DNA of 64,000 nucleotides from contig PUPH01000031.1 of NCBI GenBank assembly GCA_003553085.1, positions 3 to 64,002 of the forward strand, given 5' to 3'. Shown here piece by piece: positions 39,201 through 47,912 of this stretch. The stretch's first letter is position 1, and each line of letters begins with the position of its first letter. Origin of the DNA: Thermoplasmata archaeon. GTDB lineage: Archaea; Thermoplasmatota; Thermoplasmata; Halarchaeoplasmatales; Halarchaeoplasmataceae. The notes under the pieces were generated by a model. That model made no database searches. It was not told the DNA's origin and saw only the letters and a program-made list of their open reading frames with translations. Made by a program: the position numbers and the translations under genes.

Positions 39201-40414
39201 CAATAGATCTATCTCCAGACGATGCTCATCTTTGGTTTAAGAAAGGCGAGTTACAGATGGAGATAGAAGATCACGCAGGTGCTCTGGAAAGCTTCGACGA
39301 GGCTACGGAGATAGATCCGGATTACGAAGAAGCATGGTTCGAGAAAGGACGTGTTTTAGAGGAGGTCAGTAGGTATCAGCGGGCGATAGAGGCATACGAC
39401 CGTGCCATCGGTTTAAAGTCAGAAGATAAATACGCCTGGAATAACAAAGGTCGAGTACTTATCGAAGTGGGTAAAACGGATAAGGCTATACGTGCATTCG
39501 AGAAGGCACTTGAACTCGACCCTGAGATGGAATCAGCTAGACATGGTCTGGACATAGCTAGAGAAAAGGAAGAGGAAAGGAAGTTAGAAGAGTACGCCAA
39601 ACGGATACTTGAATATGAATGTTCCAGGAATCGTGAGATCTCGAAAGAAGAAGCTTTCAAAAAATGCAATGTCCCCTATAACTACATAGACGATGTGTTC
39701 GGTTATCTATCACTACGTGAAGCCCTGGACATCGGTGCTTTAGATGAAGAAGAGAAAGACAAGTTGGAGAACGCTTCTCGAGCGGTATTGAAGAAACTAG
39801 CATTGGTATCTCGGGAAAGCCTGATAAAAAATGGGGTGAGGCTCTGTGACATAGTCACTAACTTCCCCGACAAATCGATACCGGAAGCCAAAAGGGTCCT
39901 TGAATACATCCGTGAAGTCGATTCAATGGATATCTCTGCCGAACAGATAGATGAAAAAACCGAACGTTTATTGAGGAAAAGGGTGCTGACGCTCCCTGAA
40001 GAAAAACGTGATTTCCTCACGCTGATCACCAATCTGAACGTGGGTATATATCAAGCGAAGAAGGTACTGGCCGCATTGAAGAAGTTCGAAGGAAAGGATT
40101 ATAAACCGCCCAGTACAGAGATATCGACTCTGGTACAGGAAGATTTCGTAAGAAAAGAAGATAAAGCGGAGATAGACACCGTTGGTGAAGAGCAAAAATC
40201 TGAAAAGCCGAAAAAGAAGGTGAAAAAGAAGGTGAGTTCCGAACCGGAGCCGGACTGTCATTTCTGTGGCAAAGCGACCAACTACAAACACGACTGCAAT
40301 GAACTACCTTTATGCCCTTCCTGTGAATCCAAACATGCTGGAGAATTCTGCCCAGAGTGTAGTGAATTGATCGGTTCCATTGACACCGACGAAGAAGACG
40401 ATATGATGCTCTAA
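36236..40414 (+). CDS. Large TPR protein with C-terminal Cys/His zinc finger
   Basis: About 30 TPR units over ~1100 aa, then a helical domain, a Lys/Glu linker and CHFC..HDC..CPSC..CPEC. Confidence 0.9.
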   Translation: MGFLDSIDNLLDKEKRVLNKAQKYLDKSEEQRQEGDISKAKELCDRTWDLLKKHEENFSEQQEEVSKAFDRLGWLYYHLGYEDHALHSEDQAIRYDNNNIEALNHKALILTQKGSPSKGLKLLSRALEIDRKNKYSLINRGDILTKMGRKEEAVRTYEKALEVDEDDISVYDKILEIEPRNGEIWAKRGLALKRGGNYEKAIESFNKSLEINPNQEKIWLYKGLTLRDMEKLNDAVVCFDNGLEINPDNKDLWSAKGTTLHLLKRDEDALEAFSRALEIDSEDKDLWNRKGTILYEMERHIEAVEAFDKGIAIDPSDVRLLNNKKEALKPLGRYEELIRVCDRILEKNPSDAGSLYDKGVALHKLGKPEEAIAQLEEALSYNPKDIYALEREKKIYKEQQDWENVVRTADRILEFEPNNWEACYDKGTSLLKLNNPQGALESFEETLRIKDNDLDALVGKKEALKSLGNYEEVVFVCDRIISMDPDNIEAYFDRAKSHEKLREYDRAIRDYRKGLSYDPSNDEAWNDKGLCEYRLKRYEEALESFDKAIGINSDDKKYWNNKAHCLVKLERYEEAIKSYDKALEIDVSDDRIWYSKGLALEGLNRYEEAIISYDKALEIDDENARVLYSKAIALEWLDRYEEAVEAFDKSLKIKPNNRFAYIRKGLALANLGRHEDAVQAYDRALDMQSQDIKLLEKKKDSLITLTRWSDIIETCDRILDIDSNNLQAWRDKGEALKKLGEPQSALDCFERALSIQESVVDLVKAKDLLKELNMPEEVVEHCERIIEDDPENIEAWQDKAMALKLLKRREEALEAFDEALDLDPDNKKMWLHRGMVFEHLEQYENAIRSYNEAQELDPTDVIPIARKAECLRKMERYSEASEWFDKAMDLEPENTLYINRKGRCLIEIGELEEADELFERSLNIDDQNGTTWKYKGILAEKLEKYEEAISALDTAVKLGIDDSEVWITKAECYDYLGRKRDAIDTYDKAIDLSPDDAHLWFKKGELQMEIEDHAGALESFDEATEIDPDYEEAWFEKGRVLEEVSRYQRAIEAYDRAIGLKSEDKYAWNNKGRVLIEVGKTDKAIRAFEKALELDPEMESARHGLDIAREKEEERKLEEYAKRILEYECSRNREISKEEAFKKCNVPYNYIDDVFGYLSLREALDIGALDEEEKDKLENASRAVLKKLALVSRESLIKNGVRLCDIVTNFPDKSIPEAKRVLEYIREVDSMDISAEQIDEKTERLLRKRVLTLPEEKRDFLTLITNLNVGIYQAKKVLAALKKFEGKDYKPPSTEISTLVQEDFVRKEDKAEIDTVGEEQKSEKPKKKVKKKVSSEPEPDCHFCGKATNYKHDCNELPLCPSCESKHAGEFCPECSELIGSIDTDEEDDMML

Positions 40415-40953
40415 AAGAAACCTTGTCGACGCCTCTTGATGTCTGTCCTTTTGCTCTCAAGGTAGCTGTAAACCGAGCTGTGTTCCGCACCCTCTAGTAT
40501 CATCTGTATCGCCCTTCGTGCGATGGACAGTTCCAAAGAAGATCCGATTATAGCAACGGTGTTACCATAAACAGAAACATAGCTCTCGCTCAGTTCTTCT
40601 ATCAATTCCCTAGTTCTACCTTCTTTCCCGATTATCCGAGCCTTCATGCGGTGTACCGCATTGGAACTCTTTCCTACGTAAGAACGTATATCCATGAGTT
40701 CAAAGTAGATCTCGTCATCCACTAGAGATAGGGCTTTTTTAGGATTGAATCCACGACCTATGGCTCTGATAATGTCTTCCACCTTGAGTTTTAACACAGG
40801 ATCTTCCACTTCTCGTGTATCGATCTCAACGACACCAGTTTTGGAATCGATATCCAATGTGGTACCTGTAACTTCTTCGATCTTCATTTTTGTCTTACCA
40901 CCCTCACCGATGAGTACACCGATACGGTCCTTTGGGATCTTTATTGTTGGCAT
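40411..40953 (-). CDS. KH-domain RNA-processing protein (Dim2/Pno1 family)
   Basis: IGVLIGEGG and RIIGKEG KH loops, AIGRGF and GAEH..VY. Adjacent to RIO1. Confidence 0.92.
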   Translation of the reverse strand: MPTIKIPKDRIGVLIGEGGKTKMKIEEVTGTTLDIDSKTGVVEIDTREVEDPVLKLKVEDIIRAIGRGFNPKKALSLVDDEIYFELMDIRSYVGKSSNAVHRMKARIIGKEGRTRELIEELSESYVSVYGNTVAIIGSSLELSIARRAIQMILEGAEHSSVYSYLESKRTDIKRRRQGFF

Positions 40954-40958
40954 GGATA

Positions 40959-41708
40959 TCAGCTCTCTTCCTCCATGATAGTTTTGATAATTATATCTTC
41001 TGTTGTTTCCAGCCCGTATTTGCTGAAATATCTGGATAGATTCGATACGTCTCTTAAAAATAGTTCATCGGCCATTGGATGACTTGTTGGTACGGATTGA
41101 GACACATCGATCAAGTAAGGTACCCCTTCGGAATACAAGATATTGTATTCGCTCAAGTCACCATGTATCATCTTTGCCTTTTTTACCGATATGCGATAAT
41201 TTTCTAGAACTATATCGTAGATGTCCTTCATTTCGTCCAGTTCCAAATGTACATCCTTTAACAGAGGTGCTGCCACACCCTGATGTTCTAAAAGCTTCAT
41301 GATGAGCACATTTTTTGAAAATGTGACCGGCTCTGGAACATTCATGGAATGTTCATGCATCCGTTTAAGATTAGAGAATTCTTTTCTAGTCCAGTTATAG
41401 ACCAGATTCCTACCTCTTCCCACACGTTTGAACCTATAATCCCCCTCGATATACTTACGATATTCTTTAAAAATTGAAGTGCTCAATCTCATAATCTTTA
41501 TGGCTAATAGCTCACCTTCAGGAGATACCGCTCTGAAGACCTTCGCCTCTTTTCCGGTAGATATGGGATAATCTACATATTCCACGTAATCCTTGTTCAT
41601 AAGATCATAAAGGACTTCCAAGGTGCTCTTGTCGAAAACCTCGTCTATGGTCTTTCTACCGGGAACATAGATCTCTTCTTCATTCCGACTCATATCATCG
41701 ATCTTCAC
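40959..41708 (-). CDS. rio1: RIO1 family serine/threonine kinase
   Basis: ISTGKEAKVF, AIKI, HGDLSEYNIL and IDVSQS motifs. Confidence 0.93.
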   Translation of the reverse strand: MKIDDMSRNEEEIYVPGRKTIDEVFDKSTLEVLYDLMNKDYVEYVDYPISTGKEAKVFRAVSPEGELLAIKIMRLSTSIFKEYRKYIEGDYRFKRVGRGRNLVYNWTRKEFSNLKRMHEHSMNVPEPVTFSKNVLIMKLLEHQGVAAPLLKDVHLELDEMKDIYDIVLENYRISVKKAKMIHGDLSEYNILYSEGVPYLIDVSQSVPTSHPMADELFLRDVSNLSRYFSKYGLETTEDIIIKTIMEEES

Positions 41709-41719
41709 TACGATGGAAG

Positions 41720-42028
41720 TTAAAAACGTTTCGAATCTTCCACAGGGTACTTGCTCCTGTTTTTTTCCAACTTTTTCATCACTGCTTTACCTAGGTCAAT
41801 ATCCATCACATCCACCAAAGAGAGAAGATAGATGAATACATCCGCCATCTCCTCCTCGACCCGCTCCTTTTCAACCATATCCGGATCTCTCCACTGAAAC
41901 AACTCTAGTAATTCCGCAGCCTCTACAGATATCGATATGGAGAGGTCCTTGGGATTATGGTATCTCAACCAATCGCGTCGATCCCTGAACTTCACGACCT
42001 CTTTTTTTAACTCATCGATCTTATTCAT
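41720..42028 (-). CDS. MazG-like nucleotide pyrophosphohydrolase
   Basis: FRDRRDW..YHNPKDL, EAAELLE.FQW, EEMADV and KN..KYP. Start refined to the ATG at 42028. Confidence 0.88.
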   Translation of the reverse strand: MNKIDELKKEVVKFRDRRDWLRYHNPKDLSISISVEAAELLELFQWRDPDMVEKERVEEEMADVFIYLLSLVDVMDIDLGKAVMKKLEKNRSKYPVEDSKRF

Positions 42029-42113
42029 GGTTCCTTGAACTATCAAGGTATATTTCAGTCTTGTCAAAAGAGATGATAAGAATGGGTTTCATTGACTCTA
42101 CCTATGTGTCATC

Positions 42114-42392
42114 TCAGGCCAGTTTCATAGTTATTTCCATGGAAGACACGTTGGCGGTACCATCGTCACCTTCACGTTCTAACTGTTCAGTGTCGGTTAT
42201 GATCTCGATGATCTCTGACTCTGGCACGAATCTGTGCCTGGTGATCTCCGCTACATCCACTGCTTTACTTATGGCTCTGCCTCTTGCTTTGATCACTACT
42301 TCGTTCGAGCCACTGTTGAACTGAGTCACGACAGCCATTACGTAGTTCATGGTTTCTTTTTTTCCGATATACACTGTGTTTTCATCATCCAT
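42114..42392 (-). CDS. albA: DNA/RNA-binding protein Alba
   Basis: [27 protein letters not shown] and VSSMEI. ATG at 42392 is preceded by GGAGGA. Confidence 0.95.
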   Translation of the reverse strand: MDDENTVYIGKKETMNYVMAVVTQFNSGSNEVVIKARGRAISKAVDVAEITRHRFVPESEIIEIITDTEQLEREGDDGTANVSSMEITMKLA

Positions 42393-42484
42393 CTGTATTC
42401 CTCCTGGATCGATTCTAGGCACGACTCTAACTTAAGGCAGGTATTTAATATTTTGGTTTTTGAACTATAAACATGATCTTCAGC

Positions 42485-42490
42485 AAAAAG
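42485..42490 (-). terminator. U-tract terminator immediately after tRNA-Arg
   Basis: CTTTTT directly follows discriminator G73 on the minus strand. No CCA is encoded. Confidence 0.6.
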
Positions 42491-42628
42491 CGGACTCGCC
42501 GGGAGTTCCGTCCGATGAGGTGTTTCCTCACCAATTTTCGAACCCGGGTTTGGGGCTCCGGAGGCCCCAGTGATATCCATTGTAGTCCAAGCACGAGTAT
42601 GTACGTTGGATTGCTACACCACGAGCCC
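42491..42628 (-). tRNA. tRNA-Arg(CCG) with two non-canonical introns (D-loop 42580-42611; T-loop 42505-42536)
   Basis: Acceptor stem GGGCUCG/CGAGUCC + G73, anticodon arm GGGGC-CUCCGGA-GCCCC, T stem CCGGG/CCCGG. Removing two 32-nt BHB-flanked inserts gives a 74-nt cloverleaf with D-loop AGCAUGGAUA and T-loop UUCGAAU. Confidence 0.92.
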
Positions 42629-42780
42629 TATTTATTTTTGAATTCCGTATATCCACACTTTCCGCAGGATACCCTATCTTCATGTACCGCTAGGAAAACA
42701 CCATCGCCGCATTTTGGGCAGCTGCGTCTCAAACGCTTCAGCTTGCCGTTCTCTACTTCGTACATATCTTTCTTAGCCAT
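42628..42780 (-). CDS. rps27ae: 30S ribosomal protein S27ae (eS31), 50 aa; below ORF-track cutoff
   Basis: Manual translation [50 protein letters not shown]. Follows rps24e. Confidence 0.96.
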   Translation of the reverse strand: MAKKDMYEVENGKLKRLRRSCPKCGDGVFLAVHEDRVSCGKCGYTEFKNK

Positions 42781-42785
42781 CTCTA

Positions 42786-43088
42786 TCAACCCTTCAACTT
42801 GTTTCTAGCTATCTGGTAATCGCGTTCGTACTCCAATGCATCTTCTTTCTTATCGTATAGTTTTGCCTGGACCCTGGCTCTATCCATACCGAATTCTGAT
42901 CTGATCTTGTTCACTACTATCTTATCCTTTTCAAAACCGGTTAGTGATGCGATCCCTGCCTTTATCTGCTCTCGTGTGGGCGTGGGACCAGACTCATGAT
43001 GTACTGTTAGTACGAGTTCCCTTCTATTTAGGAGTTTGTTCTCCTTTTCCTCTTCTATGTCTATCGATATTTCCGACATTCTATCCAC
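42786..43088 (-). CDS. rps24e: 30S ribosomal protein S24e
   Basis: [23 protein letters not shown] and RN motifs, plus operon context. The start is probably the internal ATG (MSEISI). Confidence 0.93.
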   Translation of the reverse strand: MDRMSEISIDIEEEKENKLLNRRELVLTVHHESGPTPTREQIKAGIASLTGFEKDKIVVNKIRSEFGMDRARVQAKLYDKKEDALEYERDYQIARNKLKG

Positions 43089-43593
43089 CTTGGTTCACTT
43101 TTTCCATACTATTTATTACTTGCCACGTCTTTTCCTTGATTTTATCGTCTATGATATTGACTACCATGCCCTCTAAGGGTATCCCATATATTACAATTCC
43201 TCCTATAGGGGCTAGAGCTATAGATGCCAATGCAAGTAAGTCCTCTTCTCCATGCACATTGATCAACACCGGTTCATGGGATAAAACGGCGTCTTCGATG
43301 GCTTCCCATGCCTCTACCGTTATATACTCCGGAGGATTGTGGACTTCGACTTGAATCCCTACATCGGGTCTATCTCCCTTGAAAGGTCCTCGACGCGTTT
43401 TACCGTCGAAGATCCCTACATCCGGAATCACACCCTGCTCATGCAATACATCTAGCACGTAATCACCAACGGCGATCATAGGATGGTGATCCAAGTATCT
43501 TTCAGGTAGAGGACCAGAGACCACTTCGCCTAACTTTTGTTTTAGTGCATCTCTGAGCTCATTTGGTAGCTTCAGATCTCTATCTAAGGACAT
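43081..43593 (-). CDS. GTP-dependent dephospho-CoA kinase (DUF359 family)
   Basis: VGD, DGKTRR, NPP..I, GEEDLL and YG.P.EG motifs. Canonical position between spt4 and rps24e. Confidence 0.9.
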   Translation of the reverse strand: MSLDRDLKLPNELRDALKQKLGEVVSGPLPERYLDHHPMIAVGDYVLDVLHEQGVIPDVGIFDGKTRRGPFKGDRPDVGIQVEVHNPPEYITVEAWEAIEDAVLSHEPVLINVHGEEDLLALASIALAPIGGIVIYGIPLEGMVVNIIDDKIKEKTWQVINSMEKVNQGG

Positions 43594-43599
43594 GATGTT

Positions 43600-43791
43600 T
43601 TATTCTCTTACTTTTAACGCAAATTTTCCGTTGGTACTGATACCCATCTTACGAGCCAATTCAGAGTGTTCGTGTTCGATGACTATCAAGTACCCCTGCC
43701 ACTCTTTGGCTACTTCAGAACCACAGAGTGGGCATTCGTTCTCATCTGTGATGGCGTTACACCTCTTGCAGGCTTTCATCTTCTTTGCCAT
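43600..43791 (-). CDS. spt4: Transcription elongation factor Spt4 (RpoE2)
   Basis: ACKRC...CPLCGS...WQG...SELA..MGI...GKFALKV. Confidence 0.95.
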   Translation of the reverse strand: MAKKMKACKRCNAITDENECPLCGSEVAKEWQGYLIVIEHEHSELARKMGISTNGKFALKVRE

Positions 43792-43792
43792 T

Positions 43793-44341
43793 TTAAGCCT
43801 CCTGTTTCTCTTCTATCCATTCCAGCTTACCCAATCCAGTTTGGCGCATGGTCAAACCGATCTTGCTCTCCCTAGGACTTCGCTCGTTAACGCTGACGGT
43901 CACTATCCTGGCCCTCAGCTTGTCGTTGACGCCGATCTCTTTTTTGGACTCTCGTCCTCTGAGACGCTGATTTCCGATGTCAACCTCCACCTTATCGTTC
44001 ATTATCTGACTTATGTGAAGCAATCCATCGAGTGGACCGAACCTTACGAATGCACCGAACTTGAGTATCTCGCACACGTATCCATGTATCAACTCGTGTT
44101 CCTCTAATTCGAAAACCAGTGCGTCATAGGTAACATGCTGATATATACCACCGTCACCGTGAACGATCTTTCCGTCTCCAACACGCTCGACGTTGGTGGC
44201 CATGATGATCAGCTTATTACCGTCTTCAAGGGTTCCCTCAAAGGTTTCATTAGCTATCTCTCCTGATATCTCATCTAGGTCCTCGTCTAACCTGTCTGGA
44301 GGGATCCTTATACTGTCCTTTTTCTTTTCCATCTTGTACAT
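43793..44341 (-). CDS. rpoE1: DNA-directed RNA polymerase subunit Rpo7 (RpoE1)
   Basis: RIPP, GDG, FGAFVRFGPLDGLLHISQI and KIGLTMRQ.GLGK motifs. Confidence 0.96.
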   Translation of the reverse strand: MYKMEKKKDSIRIPPDRLDEDLDEISGEIANETFEGTLEDGNKLIIMATNVERVGDGKIVHGDGGIYQHVTYDALVFELEEHELIHGYVCEILKFGAFVRFGPLDGLLHISQIMNDKVEVDIGNQRLRGRESKKEIGVNDKLRARIVTVSVNERSPRESKIGLTMRQTGLGKLEWIEEKQEA

Positions 44342-44355
44342 GTGGTTTCACCGAT

Positions 44356-46437
44356 TTAAATGAGTCCGTACTTGGCTATCACGCTGGCAAAAACCAGAGC
44401 CACGATAGACATCAACTTTATCAATATGTTCAAAGAAGGACCTGAGGTATCTTTGAACGGGTCGCCGACAGTGTCACCTACAACTGCGGCCTTGTGAGCG
44501 TCCGAGCCCTTACCTCCATGGTGCCCCTGTTCTATGTACTTTTTGGCGTTATCCCATGCACCGCCTGCGTTGGCCATCATTATCGCAAGCACAAAGCCAG
44601 TACCCACAGACGCCATCAGGAAACCTCCCAATGCCGCAGGTCCGAGCAGTAAGCCGACTGCTACAGGTACTACTATGGCTAATATGCCGGGTATCACCAT
44701 CTCTCTGAGTGCTGATGCGGTGCTGAGATTTATCACCCTTTGATAGTCTGCATCAGCTTCGCCTTCTATTAGCCCGGGTATCTCTTTGAACTGCCTTCTG
44801 ACTTCCTTGACAATCTCGAAGGCTGACTTACCAACGGCCTTCATCGTGATGGCACAGAATATGAACGGTACCATAGCACCGAGGAAGATGCCCACGAGAA
44901 CGGGAGGCTCAAGGATGCTGAAGTCACCGATAGCGATGTCTACCCGTGTAGCATAAGCTGCTGTCAAAGTAAGGGCGGTCAAGGCTGCAGAGCCGATGGC
45001 GAATCCTTTTCCAGTGGCGGCAGTGGTATTTCCTAGGGAGTCCAAAGCATCGGTCCTATCCCTGACCTTGGGATCGAGTCCGCTCATCTCCGCAAGACCA
45101 CCTGCGTTATCCGCCACAGGACCATAAGCATCTGTCGAGAGTGTGACTCCCAGGGTTGAGAGCATACCGACCGCGGATATGGCTACTCCATAAAGCCCTG
45201 CTAAATAGAATGATGTGAGTATGGCTGCACAAACTATTATCACCGGGAACAGAGTACTTTCCATACCGCTCGCGATACCCTGTATGATGAACGTAGCAGG
45301 ACCCGTTTCGGTGGATTGTGCCAGTGTTTTGGTCGGTTTGTACCTATCTGAAGTATAATATTCCGTGAAATAGCCTATCAAAGAGCCCGCTACGAGTCCA
45401 GCTATCACCGCTCCCCATATACCCAGGTTATCGGGTGCGAGTAGATAAACTATGATAAAGGAAAAAACGGCAACGATAACTGCTGCACCATAAGTTCCAC
45501 GTCGTAGAGCATTCAACAACGCTTCTTGGCTTGCATCTTCCCTCGTCCTTACGAAGAATATGGCCACCATGGAAGCTATTATACCTGCAGCGGCGATAAG
45601 AAGGGGGATGGCGAATATTTCAGCACCCATACCATCCACGGGACTCTCCAACAAAGGAGTCATATCAGAGCCTTCATAGGCCATCCACCCGAGGGTAAGA
45701 GCCGCTATGATCGAGTTAGTGTATGATTCGTAAAGGTCGGCACCCATGCCGGCAACGTCGCCCACGTTATCACCGACGTTATCGGCGATCACTGCTGGGT
45801 TCCGAGGATCGTCTTCTGCAATGCCGGCCTCGACTTTACCAGCCAAGTCTGCGCCTACATCGGCAGCTTTGGTGTAGATACCTCCTCCCACACGGGCGAA
45901 GAGTGCTATAGAACTTGCACCGAAACCGAATCCGGCTATGAACGTCAGGGAATCCTCCAGCCCCACCATATAATCCGTTAATAAGAGTACGGAACTCAAT
46001 CCTAGAAGTCCAAGGCTGACCACGGACATACCCATGACCGCACCACCCCTGAATGCTATACGAAGTGATTTATCTAGACTTTTTCGGGCAGCCTGTGTCG
46101 TGGGTGCACTGGAATTGGTCGCGGTGATCATCCCAAGATATCCTGCGGTAGCGGATAATATCGCACCCACCAAGAAAGCTAACGCGGTATAGGGTGCATG
46201 TCCATCAGCTACATCCATGCCCGCTAGCAATATAGCCACTATGGCTACAAAGATAGCTATGTATTTGTACTCAGTATGTAGATATGTTTTAGCCCCTACC
46301 TGCACTTGACCAGCGATCTTTTTCATCAAACTCGTTCCACAGTCCTGTTTGGAGATATATTTTGTAAAGTATCCCGCCAACACTATTCCGAGCAAAGATG
46401 CCAATATCGCTACTATGCCGTACTCTATGCCATTCAT
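44356..46437 (-). CDS. hppA: Membrane-bound K+-dependent (probably Na+-translocating) pyrophosphatase
   Basis: [39 protein letters not shown] (Ala marks K+ dependence), WDNAKK and DTVGDPFKD; many TM helices; DLYES glutamate as in Na+-PPases. Confidence 0.95.
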   Translation of the reverse strand: MNGIEYGIVAILASLLGIVLAGYFTKYISKQDCGTSLMKKIAGQVQVGAKTYLHTEYKYIAIFVAIVAILLAGMDVADGHAPYTALAFLVGAILSATAGYLGMITATNSSAPTTQAARKSLDKSLRIAFRGGAVMGMSVVSLGLLGLSSVLLLTDYMVGLEDSLTFIAGFGFGASSIALFARVGGGIYTKAADVGADLAGKVEAGIAEDDPRNPAVIADNVGDNVGDVAGMGADLYESYTNSIIAALTLGWMAYEGSDMTPLLESPVDGMGAEIFAIPLLIAAAGIIASMVAIFFVRTREDASQEALLNALRRGTYGAAVIVAVFSFIIVYLLAPDNLGIWGAVIAGLVAGSLIGYFTEYYTSDRYKPTKTLAQSTETGPATFIIQGIASGMESTLFPVIIVCAAILTSFYLAGLYGVAISAVGMLSTLGVTLSTDAYGPVADNAGGLAEMSGLDPKVRDRTDALDSLGNTTAATGKGFAIGSAALTALTLTAAYATRVDIAIGDFSILEPPVLVGIFLGAMVPFIFCAITMKAVGKSAFEIVKEVRRQFKEIPGLIEGEADADYQRVINLSTASALREMVIPGILAIVVPVAVGLLLGPAALGGFLMASVGTGFVLAIMMANAGGAWDNAKKYIEQGHHGGKGSDAHKAAVVGDTVGDPFKDTSGPSLNILIKLMSIVALVFASVIAKYGLI

Positions 46438-46558
46438 TTTAACACCTGATTGATTAAAGGCACTGAAATTTAGTATTTATATTTTTTCGATGTTCTGTGA
46501 TAAATCCATCGTATTTTATTTTATGATCTACAACGGAAAAGACCTAATCATTATGGAT

Positions 46559-47899
46559 TCATCCGGAAACGAAAGACAAGTCCTCCACGCGTACATACGG
46601 CAACTCCATGCAAAGCACGGTGACTACGAGCTCAATGTCTGAAGATATATTCGATATATTTGTAAAGAGGTCGAAAACATTTCCAGATACCATCATCTGC
46701 TTCAGCGGATGTACTATCTCACCACCTTTGATCATATGTCCACCTTTGACTACTCCCGAAAAATCACCGCTGACCGGATCGACATCTCCAGAAAATCTAT
46801 TGATCAGAACTCCGTGCTCAACTTGTTCGATCATACTATCATATCCGATGTTCCCCGGTTTGACCACCAAGTTCGTTGGATCTATATAGGGTACCGACCG
46901 TGGCCCTCCGGAGGCGTGCCCAGTCGATACGGTCTCCATGGCACTGGCAGTATAGCTATTGTGAAACAACGACTTCAGTACCCCGTCTTCAACGACGGTC
47001 ATCTTTGGAGTGGGCAACCCTTCACGGTCGAAAGATCGGCTCCTCAACGCATCCTTCTTCGATGCATCATCGATCAATGTGAAGGATCCCGAAGCGATCT
47101 GCTCCTCCAACTTATCTCCCATGGGACTCAATCCCTTCACCACCCTATTTCCTTTCAAGGGGTATAGTAACCCCATGAACAAGATTTGTGCAAGGGCGTG
47201 TGGAGAGAAGATACCAACACCTTCGAAACTTTTACCCTTTTCAGCACCGAGGTTATCGACTGCGGCCAAAACCAGCTCTCTGGCAACACTCTCTACATCT
47301 ATGTCCTTGATCGTTATGGAACCGCCGGCTTTAACATCCATGTTGGATACCTCACCATGGGATGATGCCAATCCGATACCGAGATAGTGGAAACCGCTGG
47401 ACCGCTCGGATTCGGCTATACCCTTCGAGTTGATAACAGCCCTTTCTACGTCGTGGGATGCAAAAAAACCTTCGTTGAATCTGAACCTATCATCCGCTTC
47501 TAGAGCGGTATGAAGGAAGTTTTTTCCATACTCCAAGCCATCTTCGACCCCGAAATTCTCGATATCTTTGTCGTAGAGTCCATCTAATTTCTTGACTTTC
47601 ATCGGCGATGGTATATTATTATGCTTATCTGGTATCGAGGACCGGGCTAGCTTGACGGCTTCCTTTATCTTGTTTATGATAGCATCTTTGTCCAAAGAAT
47701 TGAGAGATGTGAATCCAAGCTTGCCATCTTGAATATAACGTATGCCCACCTGCTCCTTCTCATGGCATCTAGACATGTTGATCTCATCCCGTTGTATGCC
47801 CACATCTATGTTCTTGTCGGAACCCATATACAGTTCGATATCTCCGGGCACATCGACCTTTTCTAATATTTCCGCACCTAGATCCAGTAACTTTGACAA
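46559..47899 (-). CDS. PmbA/TldE family protein
   Basis: FDREG, NL...G and SGDFS motifs, no HExxxH. Probable TTG start at 47899 after GAGGAGG. Confidence 0.88.
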   Translation of the reverse strand: MSKLLDLGAEILEKVDVPGDIELYMGSDKNIDVGIQRDEINMSRCHEKEQVGIRYIQDGKLGFTSLNSLDKDAIINKIKEAVKLARSSIPDKHNNIPSPMKVKKLDGLYDKDIENFGVEDGLEYGKNFLHTALEADDRFRFNEGFFASHDVERAVINSKGIAESERSSGFHYLGIGLASSHGEVSNMDVKAGGSITIKDIDVESVARELVLAAVDNLGAEKGKSFEGVGIFSPHALAQILFMGLLYPLKGNRVVKGLSPMGDKLEEQIASGSFTLIDDASKKDALRSRSFDREGLPTPKMTVVEDGVLKSLFHNSYTASAMETVSTGHASGGPRSVPYIDPTNLVVKPGNIGYDSMIEQVEHGVLINRFSGDVDPVSGDFSGVVKGGHMIKGGEIVHPLKQMMVSGNVFDLFTNISNISSDIELVVTVLCMELPYVRVEDLSFVSG

Positions 47900-47912
47900 A
47901 TGAATACCTCCT

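Noticed and set aside
41700..42500. Integrated element at the tRNA 3' end
   Set aside because: No integrase and no duplicated tRNA 3' fragment; the flanking genes are core.
42491..42628. CGG codon reassignment suggested by the odd tRNA
   Set aside because: CGG encodes conserved Arg positions here (cysS HYR at ~22739 and TFB DRGE at ~55701).
42347..42808. ORFs 42347..42580 (-) and 42473..42808 (+)
   Set aside because: They overlap the tRNA, alba and rps27ae and are shadow frames.
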